A stretch of 64,000 nt of DNA from Sedimentisphaerales bacterium (GTDB lineage Bacteria > Planctomycetota > Phycisphaerae > Sedimentisphaerales > SM23-30), in the NCBI GenBank assembly GCA_963666285.1, contig OY762711.1. One strand, 5' to 3'. The notes beneath the pieces were generated by a model. The model saw only the letters and a program-made list of their open reading frames with translations. It was not told where the DNA came from and did no database searches. Positions 47,623 to 57,760 of the stretch are shown here, one piece after another. Made by a program: the position numbers and the translations under genes. Numbering within the stretch: the first letter of the stretch is position 1; each line of letters starts with the position of its first letter.

Positions 47623-49012
47623 ACTGTTTTTCCATATTGATTGTGACTAAGGCATTATTACTGCTTGTTGTTACTATTTCTATTCCAATATTGCCGGACA
47701 AATCTAATATCGATTTTTTAAAACTTTCTGTAACATCTTTTTCTGCGATTACTGCTATTTTGATGGAGTGACCTTCGAATGAAATGTTATCTATTGTCAT
47801 GACGCCCGGTTTGGCTTTGGCTATATTGTTCAGCATTAAAAGCCAGTCATACTTTTTGCCGTCAATTTCTGTTAGTCTTTCGTATGTTTTTGATATACTG
47901 CCTTCCTTTTCTTTCATTATAGACAGCATCATTTTAGGGACCAGTTTTTTGTCATTTTGCCCTGGAACTGAATTATTAAATAGCGATATAATATCAGAAT
48001 TTACCTGATTGTGAATTTTATTCAGTTTGTAGTTATTCAAAACCAGGTTGAATATATATGCAAACATAACCAGAACTAAAAGTACAGTTGTAATCCTGTA
48101 TTTTGAAGTATTTTGTGCACCACCGCTTTCTTCCTTTATAGTTTTAACCAGATTCATACCTATGTATTCGTTTGGCTTAAAATATATGTTTGCTGCGGCT
48201 AATGGTATCACAAATTGCTCTGGTGATTCGATACTTTTATCATATTCAGTTTCCTTTACTTGAATTACCGGCTGAACCTGGCATCTAAGATTGCTTCTTA
48301 TGAACGAATCCAGCTCCGGGTATTCTGTGTGGTTATTTATTACTACAACTTTTGTATCTTCTGGGATGTGTATTCCAAAGGCCGTCCGCCAGCTTAATTG
48401 CAGTTCCTGTGCAACTATAGAACTGATATCAACTTTTCCAGGTAAAGGTACATTTCTTACCAGCAGCAGGTTTTCATTACTCAGGACAGCAATTGTTATT
48501 CTGCTGTTTGTTACATAAAGCTGCATCCAGCCGCTTTCGCTGCCATGATTTTTATAAGCTGCCATCATGGCAAAAACAGGCAGCTCGATTCTGCTGCAGG
48601 ATAGGTCATTGGCTTTGCATAATTCCTTGATATTTTCAATACCATCTTTTTCAACGGAAATTAGAAGAGAAGATGGTCCGCTGCTGGCAAGCTTATGAAT
48701 TTCAGGTAAATGTATCTGGACGGAATCCGCCATTTTTACAGCAGGGCTGTTCTTGGAAGTATCGTCTGGTGAACTTGTTATATCCTGATCACTTTCTATG
48801 TTCATATAATGGCATTTGTCAGGAGAAACAGTTATCACAATCGGCAGTTTTTTATTAAAGCCTGCTTGCTGCATTTCATCAGAAAAACAGCCATATTTGT
48901 CCTTGCTTATTATAGCAGCCTTTTCTGCATACACGCCGGATGATGTTCTTCTCACTTGAACCAGATTGCAGCTGCTGCCGTTATATTCAATTGCGATACA
49001 TTTTTTGCTCAT
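47615..49012 (-). CDS. gspL: T2SS GspL/PilMN-like protein
   Basis: Actin-like cytoplasmic N-domain, MNL motif before a single TM, periplasmic C-domain. Follows gspK. Confidence 0.6.
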   Translation of the reverse strand: MSKKCIAIEYNGSSCNLVQVRRTSSGVYAEKAAIISKDKYGCFSDEMQQAGFNKKLPIVITVSPDKCHYMNIESDQDITSSPDDTSKNSPAVKMADSVQIHLPEIHKLASSGPSSLLISVEKDGIENIKELCKANDLSCSRIELPVFAMMAAYKNHGSESGWMQLYVTNSRITIAVLSNENLLLVRNVPLPGKVDISSIVAQELQLSWRTAFGIHIPEDTKVVVINNHTEYPELDSFIRSNLRCQVQPVIQVKETEYDKSIESPEQFVIPLAAANIYFKPNEYIGMNLVKTIKEESGGAQNTSKYRITTVLLVLVMFAYIFNLVLNNYKLNKIHNQVNSDIISLFNNSVPGQNDKKLVPKMMLSIMKEKEGSISKTYERLTEIDGKKYDWLLMLNNIAKAKPGVMTIDNISFEGHSIKIAVIAEKDVTESFKKSILDLSGNIGIEIVTTSSNNALVTINMEKQYE

Positions 49013-49016
49013 ATTA

Positions 49017-49967
49017 TTATTTTATATATTTGTCAATAACGTAAATATCTTTATTATTGCTGATGTCTGCCTTAAGTTGGTATTTTTGACCTCTGTCTGT
49101 GCATTCGGCTGTTACGGTGTAATATATCTTTTTAGGTGCTGCTGTCAATATTCCGGCCAGATTATTACTGTCTGAAATGTCCAGCTCTGCTGCCGCAATA
49201 AAATCTGCAACTGTAGTATACTTTGCATCTTTATCAATAACTGATAACAGCCTGGCTTTTTCATCGGCCATATTTACAGCTAAGGATGATATAACCTCCG
49301 GATTTGCGGAATTTATATCAATTTTCCCTGTATTTTTAACAGTCAGAAGGTCAGCTAAATAGTTAAAACTGTTTTTATTTGCTCCTGTGAAGTCTTTAAT
49401 AAAATATATTTCCGACAAATCTGTAAGTTTATTGTTTTTGCATTGCGGCAATCCTTTTTGCCGGTAATATTTGTTTTCGGCTCCTATATAACTTCTTCCG
49501 AATATTTTCAAGTTTTCAATATCATTATCAGTATCTATTGCATCTACCAGTGCAGGGATAAAGTCATATGTTATCTTGTCATCAGGATATCTTTTGTTGT
49601 ATGATCTTATAAGGTTTGACATAATCGTAACATATTGATCGTTGGATTTGTTATCAGTTGCGATCAGGTTGTTGATATTAATTTTGCCATTATCACAAAT
49701 AATATTCAATTTACAGGCTATCCCGTCAATATTTATTGAGAGGTCTTTTATGTTAACTGCCTCATCATTCTGGTTTATAATACCCAGTGCGTAATTAATA
49801 GCACTTTTTGCAGTATGTTCTAATCTGTTTAGTTCGAAATGTTGTGACATCAGCTTATTGCTTGTTGATATCGTCTGGCTGCTTGCCAAAACAATTGTAG
49901 TGATAACAGATGCAATTATAACTGTTATCAATAACACAAAACCTGATTTTCGTCTCTTGTTAATCAT
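49017..49967 (-). CDS. gspK: T2SS minor pseudopilin GspK
   Basis: Motifs SGFVLL, GKININNL, GAENKYY and GKIDINSANPEVI. Confidence 0.85.
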   Translation of the reverse strand: MINKRRKSGFVLLITVIIASVITTIVLASSQTISTSNKLMSQHFELNRLEHTAKSAINYALGIINQNDEAVNIKDLSINIDGIACKLNIICDNGKININNLIATDNKSNDQYVTIMSNLIRSYNKRYPDDKITYDFIPALVDAIDTDNDIENLKIFGRSYIGAENKYYRQKGLPQCKNNKLTDLSEIYFIKDFTGANKNSFNYLADLLTVKNTGKIDINSANPEVISSLAVNMADEKARLLSVIDKDAKYTTVADFIAAAELDISDSNNLAGILTAAPKKIYYTVTAECTDRGQKYQLKADISNNKDIYVIDKYIK

Positions 49968-49974
49968 TTGGATG

Positions 49975-50568
49975 TTAATGTGTGTGAACTATTATACTGT
50001 ATTCGTTTTCCTGGTTGCCGTCATTTGTTATGAGTTCAACCTTGACTAATTTAATTTCATCTAATGATACCTTGTTATTGCTTAACTGTTTCCAGGTATT
50101 ATCAGAATAGAACATAATGTCCAGCTTTTTTACATTTTTTGTCAGTAGTTCGCAATCCTTGATATTAGCAGTTGGTACTGCAAAGTTTAGTTCGGGCTTT
50201 TGATAATATCGGATTGTACTGTTACTTTTGTCAAAGATATATTGTATTATATATGGTCCCAATGGGTATTTGTCATCCTGCCATAAACCTTTATGAGTAA
50301 GAATAGTTATTGTAAATTTACTGCCGCTGTACGAGCATTGTATAGGCACATCTTTACCATCAATACAGGCAAGTCTTTCCAGCTGCTTTTTTATATTATC
50401 TATAATATTGTAAGCTGTATCTGTATTATGCGACATATTAATACAATTTCTGGCAGAGGCATTGCCAGCATGCCATACTGAGAAGACAGTAAACATTATT
50501 ATAGATAAAATTACTGAAGAGATCATTAACTCTATCAGTGTTGTTCCTTTGTTACAATGTTTTGCCAT
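49975..50568 (-). CDS. gspJ: T2SS minor pseudopilin GspJ-like
   Basis: Prepilin motif KG-TTLIELM and operon position. Confidence 0.7.
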   Translation of the reverse strand: MAKHCNKGTTLIELMISSVILSIIMFTVFSVWHAGNASARNCINMSHNTDTAYNIIDNIKKQLERLACIDGKDVPIQCSYSGSKFTITILTHKGLWQDDKYPLGPYIIQYIFDKSNSTIRYYQKPELNFAVPTANIKDCELLTKNVKKLDIMFYSDNTWKQLSNNKVSLDEIKLVKVELITNDGNQENEYSIIVHTH

Positions 50569-50959
50569 AAATGTATTCTTTTATGCTAATTTCTTTCTTT
50601 TCTGATTTACATTCCCAGCTGACTGTAATTATTATTTCGTTCATGTCAATATTATGTTCTTCATTCATATCATTGACTTTTACTACTGAATTTTGTATGT
50701 CCCATTGAAATTCGGTATTATTTATCTTCTCGCTGCCATGATTCAATATTATCTTTTTGTCAGTGGCAGATATTTCTGCCAGTTTGCTTTCTGCCAGCAA
50801 ATGGGCATCTGCCATCTGCTTATTGTATAATGCATAATTAATATTGTTAATGCTTGTTTTAGCGATTGCCGTTGCAATAACAGTGATTATCATTACCGCA
50901 AAGAGGACTTCTATAAGGGTAACCCCTTTGCATTGTCTTTTATATGTGTTATTTATCAA
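50552..50959 (-). CDS. gspI: T2SS minor pseudopilin GspI-like
   Basis: Prepilin motif KG-VTLIEVLFA, LAESKLAE and ITVSW. Confidence 0.7.
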   Translation of the reverse strand: MINNTYKRQCKGVTLIEVLFAVMIITVIATAIAKTSINNINYALYNKQMADAHLLAESKLAEISATDKKIILNHGSEKINNTEFQWDIQNSVVKVNDMNEEHNIDMNEIIITVSWECKSEKKEISIKEYIYGKTL

Positions 50960-51362
50960 GGTTCCAGCTCTCTATGTCTGCGTCCAGTCCTTCACCGCCG
51001 TCTTCACCGTCTTTCCCATACGATTCTATATCAACTTTCCCATTCGTCCCCGGGTATATGTATACATAGGGGTTGCCCCATGGGTCTGTTATCTTGTCCA
51101 GGTAACCTTCCGGGTCGTAATTATCTATATTGCCGGGATCGTTAACCAGGATTTGCAGACCTTCGGCGGTTGTAGGATATCTACCGGTATGGGTATAGAA
51201 CATATTCACGGCATTCATTATATTGTTTATTTCGATTGCCGCCTTTTGTCGCTTAACTTTGTCTGGGTGATGTAGAATCTTTGGCACGATAAACGTAGAC
51301 AATAATCCCAATATAACCACAACAATCATTAGTTCCAGTAATGTAAATCCTTTATTACGCAT
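50949..51362 (-). CDS. gspG: T2SS major pseudopilin GspG
   Basis: MRNKG-FTLLELM, GRYPTT..GL, DPWGNPYVY and SYGKDG..GG.G.DADI.SW. ATG 51362 has a GAGG RBS. Confidence 0.95.
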   Translation of the reverse strand: MRNKGFTLLELMIVVVILGLLSTFIVPKILHHPDKVKRQKAAIEINNIMNAVNMFYTHTGRYPTTAEGLQILVNDPGNIDNYDPEGYLDKITDPWGNPYVYIYPGTNGKVDIESYGKDGEDGGEGLDADIESWNLDK

Positions 51363-51458
51363 ATTATTTCCTCGTTGCTTTCTTTTGTTTCCCAATTAAA
51401 TTTATAAAATACCTTCTTTAATGTTGATATTTATATTCCAATTTTCATGTTTTTGAGT

Positions 51459-52622
51459 TTATAACGTCGAATTAATCTCAAATATAGGTAACAGCATCGC
51501 TGCTACAATATATCCTGTCAGGAGCCCCATAATCAGCATAATTACAGGTTCCATCATAGTTGTTATGATATTAGTTTTATGGTCGATTTCTTCATCCAGG
51601 ATATCGGAAATTGAAGTTAGCTGTTTTTCCAGCTGGCCGGTTGCTTCTCCAATTGCTATTGCATGGTGCACCATTGGTTGAAACACTCCGTATCTCCTGA
51701 AGCTTTCTTCTACACTGTAGCCTTTTGTTAAGCCTTTCGAAATACTGTTTATCGATTGCTTTATATATGTATTCTTTATTGCACCGCCTGCAAGTTCCAT
51801 AGAATCGACGATTGTCAGGCCGCCTCTTAACATTGCACATAATGATCTGCAAAGACGTACGGTTTCTATTTCCAAAAGATATCTTCCCATGTATGGTATC
51901 GTTAATATCTTTTTATCAGTCTGAATTCTATTGTCAGGTTTCTTGATAAATATTCGAAATCCAAAAAATACGACAATTGCTAAAACTATAATATATGGTG
52001 TTGTCAGCTCCAGTGCTTTGCTGGTGAAGATTAATGACTTAGTTATGAATGGTAACTCTCGTCCTGTTTCCATAAATAATGAAGAAATGTTTGGGATTAC
52101 CGTTGTCATTAAAAACATAATCACTAACGCAGATACTGACAGCATTAATGCCGGGTATGCCAGGGCACGGTTGACCTGGCTGCTGATTTTATTTCGTTTT
52201 TCAAGCATATCAGCAAGGTATTCCAGTGCTTTGTCCAGCTGACCGCTGGTTTGGGCGGAATATACAACATTGATAAACATTTCAGAGAATGTGCCCGGAT
52301 ATAATGCCATCGCTTCTGCCAGGGATCTTCCGGAATTCACCTCATTACGAAAGTTCATAATGATTTCTTTCACCTGTGTCTTATTGGTTTGTGTTACCAA
52401 AATCTCAAGTGCGATTGGTATTTCCATGCCGGCTTTTAACAGGTTCGACAATTGGCGGGTAAAGTTATATAAGTCTTTACTTTTCAGGCATAGTCTGCTG
52501 TTATGCACAATTTGTTTTTCGGCGGTCTCTTCCCTGTGCAATATCTCTGGCATAACAGGTTTTACAGTCTGCCGATTTTGTTTGTGTTTCTTATTCTGTT
52601 GTTCTGATTTTAGCTCTAGCAT
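51459..52622 (-). CDS. gspF: T2SS inner-membrane platform GspF (appears 5'-shortened)
   Basis: Motifs FTRQLS.LL.AG, SGQLD, ALAYP, GEATGQL and EP...LLPIF. Confidence 0.9.
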   Translation of the reverse strand: MLELKSEQQNKKHKQNRQTVKPVMPEILHREETAEKQIVHNSRLCLKSKDLYNFTRQLSNLLKAGMEIPIALEILVTQTNKTQVKEIIMNFRNEVNSGRSLAEAMALYPGTFSEMFINVVYSAQTSGQLDKALEYLADMLEKRNKISSQVNRALAYPALMLSVSALVIMFLMTTVIPNISSLFMETGRELPFITKSLIFTSKALELTTPYIIVLAIVVFFGFRIFIKKPDNRIQTDKKILTIPYMGRYLLEIETVRLCRSLCAMLRGGLTIVDSMELAGGAIKNTYIKQSINSISKGLTKGYSVEESFRRYGVFQPMVHHAIAIGEATGQLEKQLTSISDILDEEIDHKTNIITTMMEPVIMLIMGLLTGYIVAAMLLPIFEINSTL

Positions 52623-52644
52623 ATATAATTACGTTATAGTTAAA

Positions 52645-52826
52645 ATATCTATAGTTTACTTTTGCAGTTTTTAAGTTGCAAAAAACGCCTAAAAGGGCCT
52701 TCCTGCAACGCTTTGAATTAAATGTACTTTCGAGAATTAGCTCGGAAATACATTCAAATATAAAGTTTTTCATTCACAAGGCCCTGTTCTGGCCTTTGCG
52801 TATAATGTTGAGCAGTCAAAAGTGCG
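52645..52826 (-). repeat. Dispersed repeat family A copy 2 (gspE-gspF spacer)
   Basis: The ends match 8446-8645 (inverted). The centre TAAATGTACTTTCGAGAA..A.CTCG matches copy 3. Confidence 0.85.
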
Positions 52827-52851
52827 ATACCGCACCTATATATAACAGAAA

Positions 52852-54561
52852 TTAAGCTTTTTCCTGTGTTACGCGTATAACTTCTTCAATACTGGTAGTA
52901 CCAAGCAGGGCGTGTCTCAGGCCGTCATCTCTCAAGGTCAGCATACCTTTTGCTACCGCGTTATCCTTAATTATGTGAGATGGGGTCTGTTTACTTATCA
53001 TTTCTCTAATATCATCATCTATTATCAGCAGTTCCGCTATTGCTATCCTGTTTCTATAGCCGGTTCCGGCACAGTCTTCACAGCCGGTTCCGGTGAAAAA
53101 AACCGGCTGGCATTTAACTGATAACGGACTTTGCTTTAACAGCTCATTTGTATTGTATTCCGTTTTACATTCTGACTTACATGTCGGACATATCGTCCTG
53201 ACAAGTCTTTGTGCCATTACACCTGATAGTGCCGATGCGATCAGATAAGGTTCTACGCCCAGATTTTCCAGCCTGAAAATAGCAGATGCTGAATCATTTG
53301 TATGCAGGGTACTTAATACCAAATGCCCGGTAAGCGATGCATGTGTCGCTATTTCCGCGGTCTCACTGTCTCGAATCTCACCTATCATAATCACATCCGG
53401 GTCCTGCCTGAGAATATGTTTCAGGCATACCGCAAATGAAAGCCCTATTTTAGGCTTTATCTGCATCTGGCCGATACCCGGCAATTCATATTCTATCGGA
53501 TCTTCTACTGTCAGTATGTTTTTCTCATTAGTATTGATCTCATTGAGAATACAATATAAAGTAGTGGTTTTACCGCTTCCGGTAGGCCCGGTAAGCAATA
53601 CCATGCCGTGAGACTGATTGGTCAGCCCCAAAAGTTGGTTTTTTATATTCGGCTCTATCCCCAGGGTGTCGATATTTACTTTTTTGGTTCCTTTTTCCAA
53701 TAATCTCAATACCAGCCTCTCGCCACCAGAGGCAGGAATCGATGATATTCGAATGTCCATATCTGTATCGCCGATCTTTACCCTGAATTGACCATCTTGC
53801 GGCAGTCTTTTTTCTGCAATATTCATGCCGGCAGTTAATTTCAGCCTGGATATTAATGGTAGTACCGTTTTATTTGTAAGAGACATATTGTCCTGCAGGA
53901 CACCGTCTATTCTAAACCTCACTTTTGCATCATTTTCATAAGGTTCTATATGAATATCGCTGGCCCGGCAATTTACAGCTCTGAATAATATCTTATTGAC
54001 AAGTTTGACTACGGGCGGCAGGTTCGCGACATTTAATATGTCTTCTCTTTGCTTGCCGACCAGGCTTGTTTCGATTTCCAGCCCGTCATTATTTTCATTT
54101 TGCTCGGGTTCGTCATTCTTTTTAGAGTCAAAATACAGCTGGCTGATTGTATTTTCCAGGTCTTCGGTTGACGCAATTGCCTTCTGGCAGTATTCACCTA
54201 TTATATTGGAGATACTATCTATCGCTTCAATGTTCAATGGATTGTCTATAACAATAAGATTACCGCCGCTTTTTAATTTTACCGGCAGAATCTTTTTGTC
54301 TTTTAGAAAACCTATAGGGACCCTGGAGATTATGTCTGTATTTATATTGCTCAACGGGATATTGTCAATAAACGGCATATTCCATTGGATTGCCAGGGCA
54401 CGGCACAGCTGCTTCCTGGTGATAAAACCTTTTTCAACCAGTAAATCACCCAGGTTAGGCTTTGGCCGCCTTGTCTGCTGAATCCTGAGGACCATATCAA
54501 GCTGGTCCATGCTCAAATCAGTCTCTTTTAGTAGAATTTGTCCTAATGATACTTCCGTCAT
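52852..54561 (-). CDS. gspE: T2SS ATPase GspE
   Basis: Motifs ASDIHIEP, RLPQDG, GPTGSGKTTT, LRQDPDVIMIGEIRD, TGHLVLSTLHTN and two CxxC pairs. Confidence 0.96.
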   Translation of the reverse strand: MTEVSLGQILLKETDLSMDQLDMVLRIQQTRRPKPNLGDLLVEKGFITRKQLCRALAIQWNMPFIDNIPLSNINTDIISRVPIGFLKDKKILPVKLKSGGNLIVIDNPLNIEAIDSISNIIGEYCQKAIASTEDLENTISQLYFDSKKNDEPEQNENNDGLEIETSLVGKQREDILNVANLPPVVKLVNKILFRAVNCRASDIHIEPYENDAKVRFRIDGVLQDNMSLTNKTVLPLISRLKLTAGMNIAEKRLPQDGQFRVKIGDTDMDIRISSIPASGGERLVLRLLEKGTKKVNIDTLGIEPNIKNQLLGLTNQSHGMVLLTGPTGSGKTTTLYCILNEINTNEKNILTVEDPIEYELPGIGQMQIKPKIGLSFAVCLKHILRQDPDVIMIGEIRDSETAEIATHASLTGHLVLSTLHTNDSASAIFRLENLGVEPYLIASALSGVMAQRLVRTICPTCKSECKTEYNTNELLKQSPLSVKCQPVFFTGTGCEDCAGTGYRNRIAIAELLIIDDDIREMISKQTPSHIIKDNAVAKGMLTLRDDGLRHALLGTTSIEEVIRVTQEKA

Positions 54562-56705
54562 TATTTTATTTCTGTATTATCTCTTGTTATTGTATCTAGT
54601 TTCATCTCACTGATGCTTGCGGCATCGGCTGGTCTGCGAATTATTCTTGGAGTAATAAACAGCAGCAGATTTGTTTTCTGCTTTACTGTTTTTGTTGATT
54701 TGAATAAATCGCCAATTAAAGGTATATCGCTTATCAACGGTATTCCGTCAACTGTTTCATTTGCTTCTTCGCGTATCAGGCCGCCTATCACAATTGAAGC
54801 TCCGTCCACCATTATTATCTCTGTATTGATCTTACGTTTCGATATCGTAGGGGTTTCTGCTCCCAGCCCGGTAAGGCTGTCTTTCTGCTGGGTAAATTCA
54901 CTGTCAATTTCCAGCTGTATCAGTTCGCCCTGATTGATATGAGGTGTTATTTTCATATCGATACCAACATCTTTATAGTCGTAGCTCTTTATGACTGTCG
55001 GGTCTGTCGGGTCTGTTTCTGTTATTCTTGAATCTTTCAGGTACGGTATATTATCACCGGCCATGAAGCTTGCCTGTTTATGATTAGTTGTTGTAACGTT
55101 TGGTGATGATATTACATTGCTGGATGTCAGACGTTTCAGTGCATTCAGAACTGATCCGATCTTTGTGTCATCTCCTACATTCTTAAACGCACCCAATGCC
55201 AATCCTTCGTAATCGCCTGATATGTAGTCCAGGCGAGCGCCAAAGTTGGTAGAGCCGAAAAACCTTATACTGTCACTTACAGCTTCGTCTAAGGTTGCCC
55301 AATCGATACCAAGTTCTTCAAGGTCGCCTTCGCTAACCTCGACTATTAATAAATCAATCGATATCTGTTCCTGTACAATATCAAGCCTTTTTACAATGCT
55401 TTGTATTACATTGAAGTCCGGCATGGCAGCGGTCACTATCAGGGTATTAGTGTCAGCAAAAGGTGTTATCTTGATCGGTATTGTATCGGTACTGCCTGAT
55501 CTGGGGATATCAATCTGTGCCAGGGCATTGGCAATTGTCTCTGCTTTGGCATTAATCAGTGGAATTACATGGATATCGTTATTGTCCGCCGAATGAATGA
55601 CATCCAGCTTTTTTATCATATCGAATATTATCTGCATATCCCTGATACCTGCTATTATCATTAATGAGTTTGTTCTGGTATCAGCCTGGATTTGAACCGC
55701 ATCTGGGTTTGCCGCTCTTGCTCCGACTCCTGTAGATATGGAATCCTGTTTGTTTATCATATCTAGTATTTGTTTACTCAGCGTTGATGCTGATGCATAT
55801 CTTAGCGGTATTCTTACAAATTCTTTTTTTGACCCAGGTACGTCAATTTTACTAATGATCTGTGCAGCATTATGTATATTTGCCGAAGTGTCTGTTATTA
55901 GCAGAGTATTGCTTTTCTTGTATACATTAACGTTTGCAGTAGAACCCAGTTTTGGTTTGATCAATGAGGATATCTCAGATGCATCTGCATATTTTAACGG
56001 CATAATTTGCGTAATTATTGTATCGCTAATTGCTATCTGGTCAGGATCGCTTCCGGTATGAATCTGAATGTTATAGCTGGCAGCATCTTTTTGCGGCACT
56101 ACTTTAACGTGATTTTCTGTAGGTATCGCAGCAAAACCATGTACTTCAAGGATCGACTCTAAAAAGGGATACAGTTCTTTTACTGTAATCTCATTTGGAC
56201 ATACAACAGAAACGTTTCCTTTTACCTGCTCATCAATAATAAATGTGATACCGGTTATTTCACTGACAGTCTTTATTACTGTTTTGATATCTAAATCTTC
56301 GAAATTCAATGACAGTTTTTGATTGGCAAGTTCCTGGTTTGCTAATATTCTGTCAACAGGATTAAGTTCTTGCTTTAGATTACGTGCTGTTGCAGATGGA
56401 TTAGCCTCTTGAGCGTTTTGCGGAAGATCAAATCTTTTATCCCAGTCATAATCGTCCGTAAAGTCTGCTTCTGGCGTATATGTCGGGCTTACATATTCTG
56501 AAGCTGTATTTCGCCTATTCATTTCCAGCATCTGTTTTATGTATTCTGAAGTGCTTACGTCAAGAGATGCTGAGTTTGCAGCAAGGCTGTTACTCTTACG
56601 CGAATTCTCAACGGTATCGCTGGTTTCGTTTTTTCCGTTATTAGCTTCCTGGCATCCGCTAAGGAATATTAAAGCTATTAGCAAATATTTAAATATTCTA
56701 ACCAT
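54561..56705 (-). CDS. gspD: T2SS secretin GspD (lipoprotein signal)
   Basis: LSG-C lipobox, LNFEDLDI N0 domain, repeated PL.YA.A N-domains, YKDVGI...TPHI and GIPLISDIPLIGDLF...LLLFITPRII. Confidence 0.95.
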   Translation of the reverse strand: MVRIFKYLLIALIFLSGCQEANNGKNETSDTVENSRKSNSLAANSASLDVSTSEYIKQMLEMNRRNTASEYVSPTYTPEADFTDDYDWDKRFDLPQNAQEANPSATARNLKQELNPVDRILANQELANQKLSLNFEDLDIKTVIKTVSEITGITFIIDEQVKGNVSVVCPNEITVKELYPFLESILEVHGFAAIPTENHVKVVPQKDAASYNIQIHTGSDPDQIAISDTIITQIMPLKYADASEISSLIKPKLGSTANVNVYKKSNTLLITDTSANIHNAAQIISKIDVPGSKKEFVRIPLRYASASTLSKQILDMINKQDSISTGVGARAANPDAVQIQADTRTNSLMIIAGIRDMQIIFDMIKKLDVIHSADNNDIHVIPLINAKAETIANALAQIDIPRSGSTDTIPIKITPFADTNTLIVTAAMPDFNVIQSIVKRLDIVQEQISIDLLIVEVSEGDLEELGIDWATLDEAVSDSIRFFGSTNFGARLDYISGDYEGLALGAFKNVGDDTKIGSVLNALKRLTSSNVISSPNVTTTNHKQASFMAGDNIPYLKDSRITETDPTDPTVIKSYDYKDVGIDMKITPHINQGELIQLEIDSEFTQQKDSLTGLGAETPTISKRKINTEIIMVDGASIVIGGLIREEANETVDGIPLISDIPLIGDLFKSTKTVKQKTNLLLFITPRIIRRPADAASISEMKLDTITRDNTEIK

Positions 56706-56876
56706 TTGTTAACTTTCTCAGTTTTGAGTTGCAATAATTGCCAAAATGGCCTTTATGCTGTTTTTAGGTTAAATGTACTTTCGAGAAATATCTCGATTAT
56801 ATATCAAAATACTTAGGTTATTGTTTACAAGGTCCGGTATCGGTCTATGCAAATAATGTTGAACGGTCTAAGGCCA
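56706..56876 (-). repeat. Dispersed repeat family A copy 3, diverged (gspC-gspD spacer)
   Basis: Collinear with copy 2: GTTGCAA...GCC.AAA.GGCCTT...TAAATGTACTTTCGAGAA...ACAAGG.CC...TAATGTTGA. Confidence 0.75.
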
Positions 56877-56887
56877 AATTCTCATCA

Positions 56888-57760
56888 TTATTTTTCCTCT
56901 GTGTTATTGATGTCAGAGTCAAATTTGATTTCGTTTCCATCACGTTTGACAATAATACTCAGCTTGTTTTGCAATTTGGCTTTTTGTAATACCTGGTACG
57001 TTTTCTTTATATTCGACAGTTTTTGACCGTTAATGCTTACGATTGTATCATTAGGTTTAACGCCTAGTAATGCAATTGGACTTAAAGGTTTTATGTTTGA
57101 AATCTTCAGACCTTCATCATTACTTCCACTTGTTGACTTTTCTACTATCTCCCATTGAGCGTCCAGGTTGAGACTATCAAGTGTCTTAACCAGGTTTTCA
57201 CGAGTTTTAGGCATAGCCAATTCTAATGGTTCGCTGATTACAGTTTCTTGTATGTTTTGTGTGCTTTCAGGCTGTATTGTTTTACCGTTACCTGATTGTA
57301 TCCAGAGCTTAACTTCCTGTTTGTTGGCTGTCAGTACCACGTAATCTTTTTGTATGTCTTTTATGACAAAACCACCAAGTTTTTCACCTGTCTTCAATAT
57401 CATTGTTTTATCTTCGCCTTGAACTGATATCATTGCTCTTGCGATACTTTCCGGGCCTGTAATTGTGCCCTTAAGATATATTCCTGAGGGGAGGGTTGGC
57501 TTACTTGGTACATCCTCAATTTCTTGTACCGCGTTGTCGTTCGTATTATCGAAAAGATTTTCTAAAACGCCGTTGTCGATTTCGCCAGCGGGTATTACAT
57601 TTTCAGATAATGATGAATCTTCTGTACTTACTTCAGCATTAATTTTTTCTGTATGCGTGTTATCTAAGCTGCTTTTTTTAGGAGAAAAGATACTGACACA
57701 TATCCATACCAGGATGCCCAACAGGCAAATATTCAATATTGTTAATGATATTTTTTTCAT
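56888..57760 (-). CDS. gspC: T2SS GspC with PDZ domain
   Basis: N-terminal TM, HR domain LKGTI.G...ARAMI, PDZ LGVKPND.I.SING. ATG 57760 is preferred over GTG 57787. Confidence 0.85.
   Translation of the reverse strand: MKKISLTILNICLLGILVWICVSIFSPKKSSLDNTHTEKINAEVSTEDSSLSENVIPAGEIDNGVLENLFDNTNDNAVQEIEDVPSKPTLPSGIYLKGTITGPESIARAMISVQGEDKTMILKTGEKLGGFVIKDIQKDYVVLTANKQEVKLWIQSGNGKTIQPESTQNIQETVISEPLELAMPKTRENLVKTLDSLNLDAQWEIVEKSTSGSNDEGLKISNIKPLSPIALLGVKPNDTIVSINGQKLSNIKKTYQVLQKAKLQNKLSIIVKRDGNEIKFDSDINNTEEK

Noticed and set aside
52591..52773. 60-aa ORF in the gspE-gspF spacer
   Set aside because: It lies within repeat family A, has no recognisable motif, and its central part is replaced by unrelated sequence in copy 1.
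56728..56746. Possible sigma-54 promoter TTGGCA...TTGC upstream of gspD
   Set aside because: The GG-to-GC spacing is 2 nt too short for a -24/-12 promoter, and the sequence is part of the repeat.
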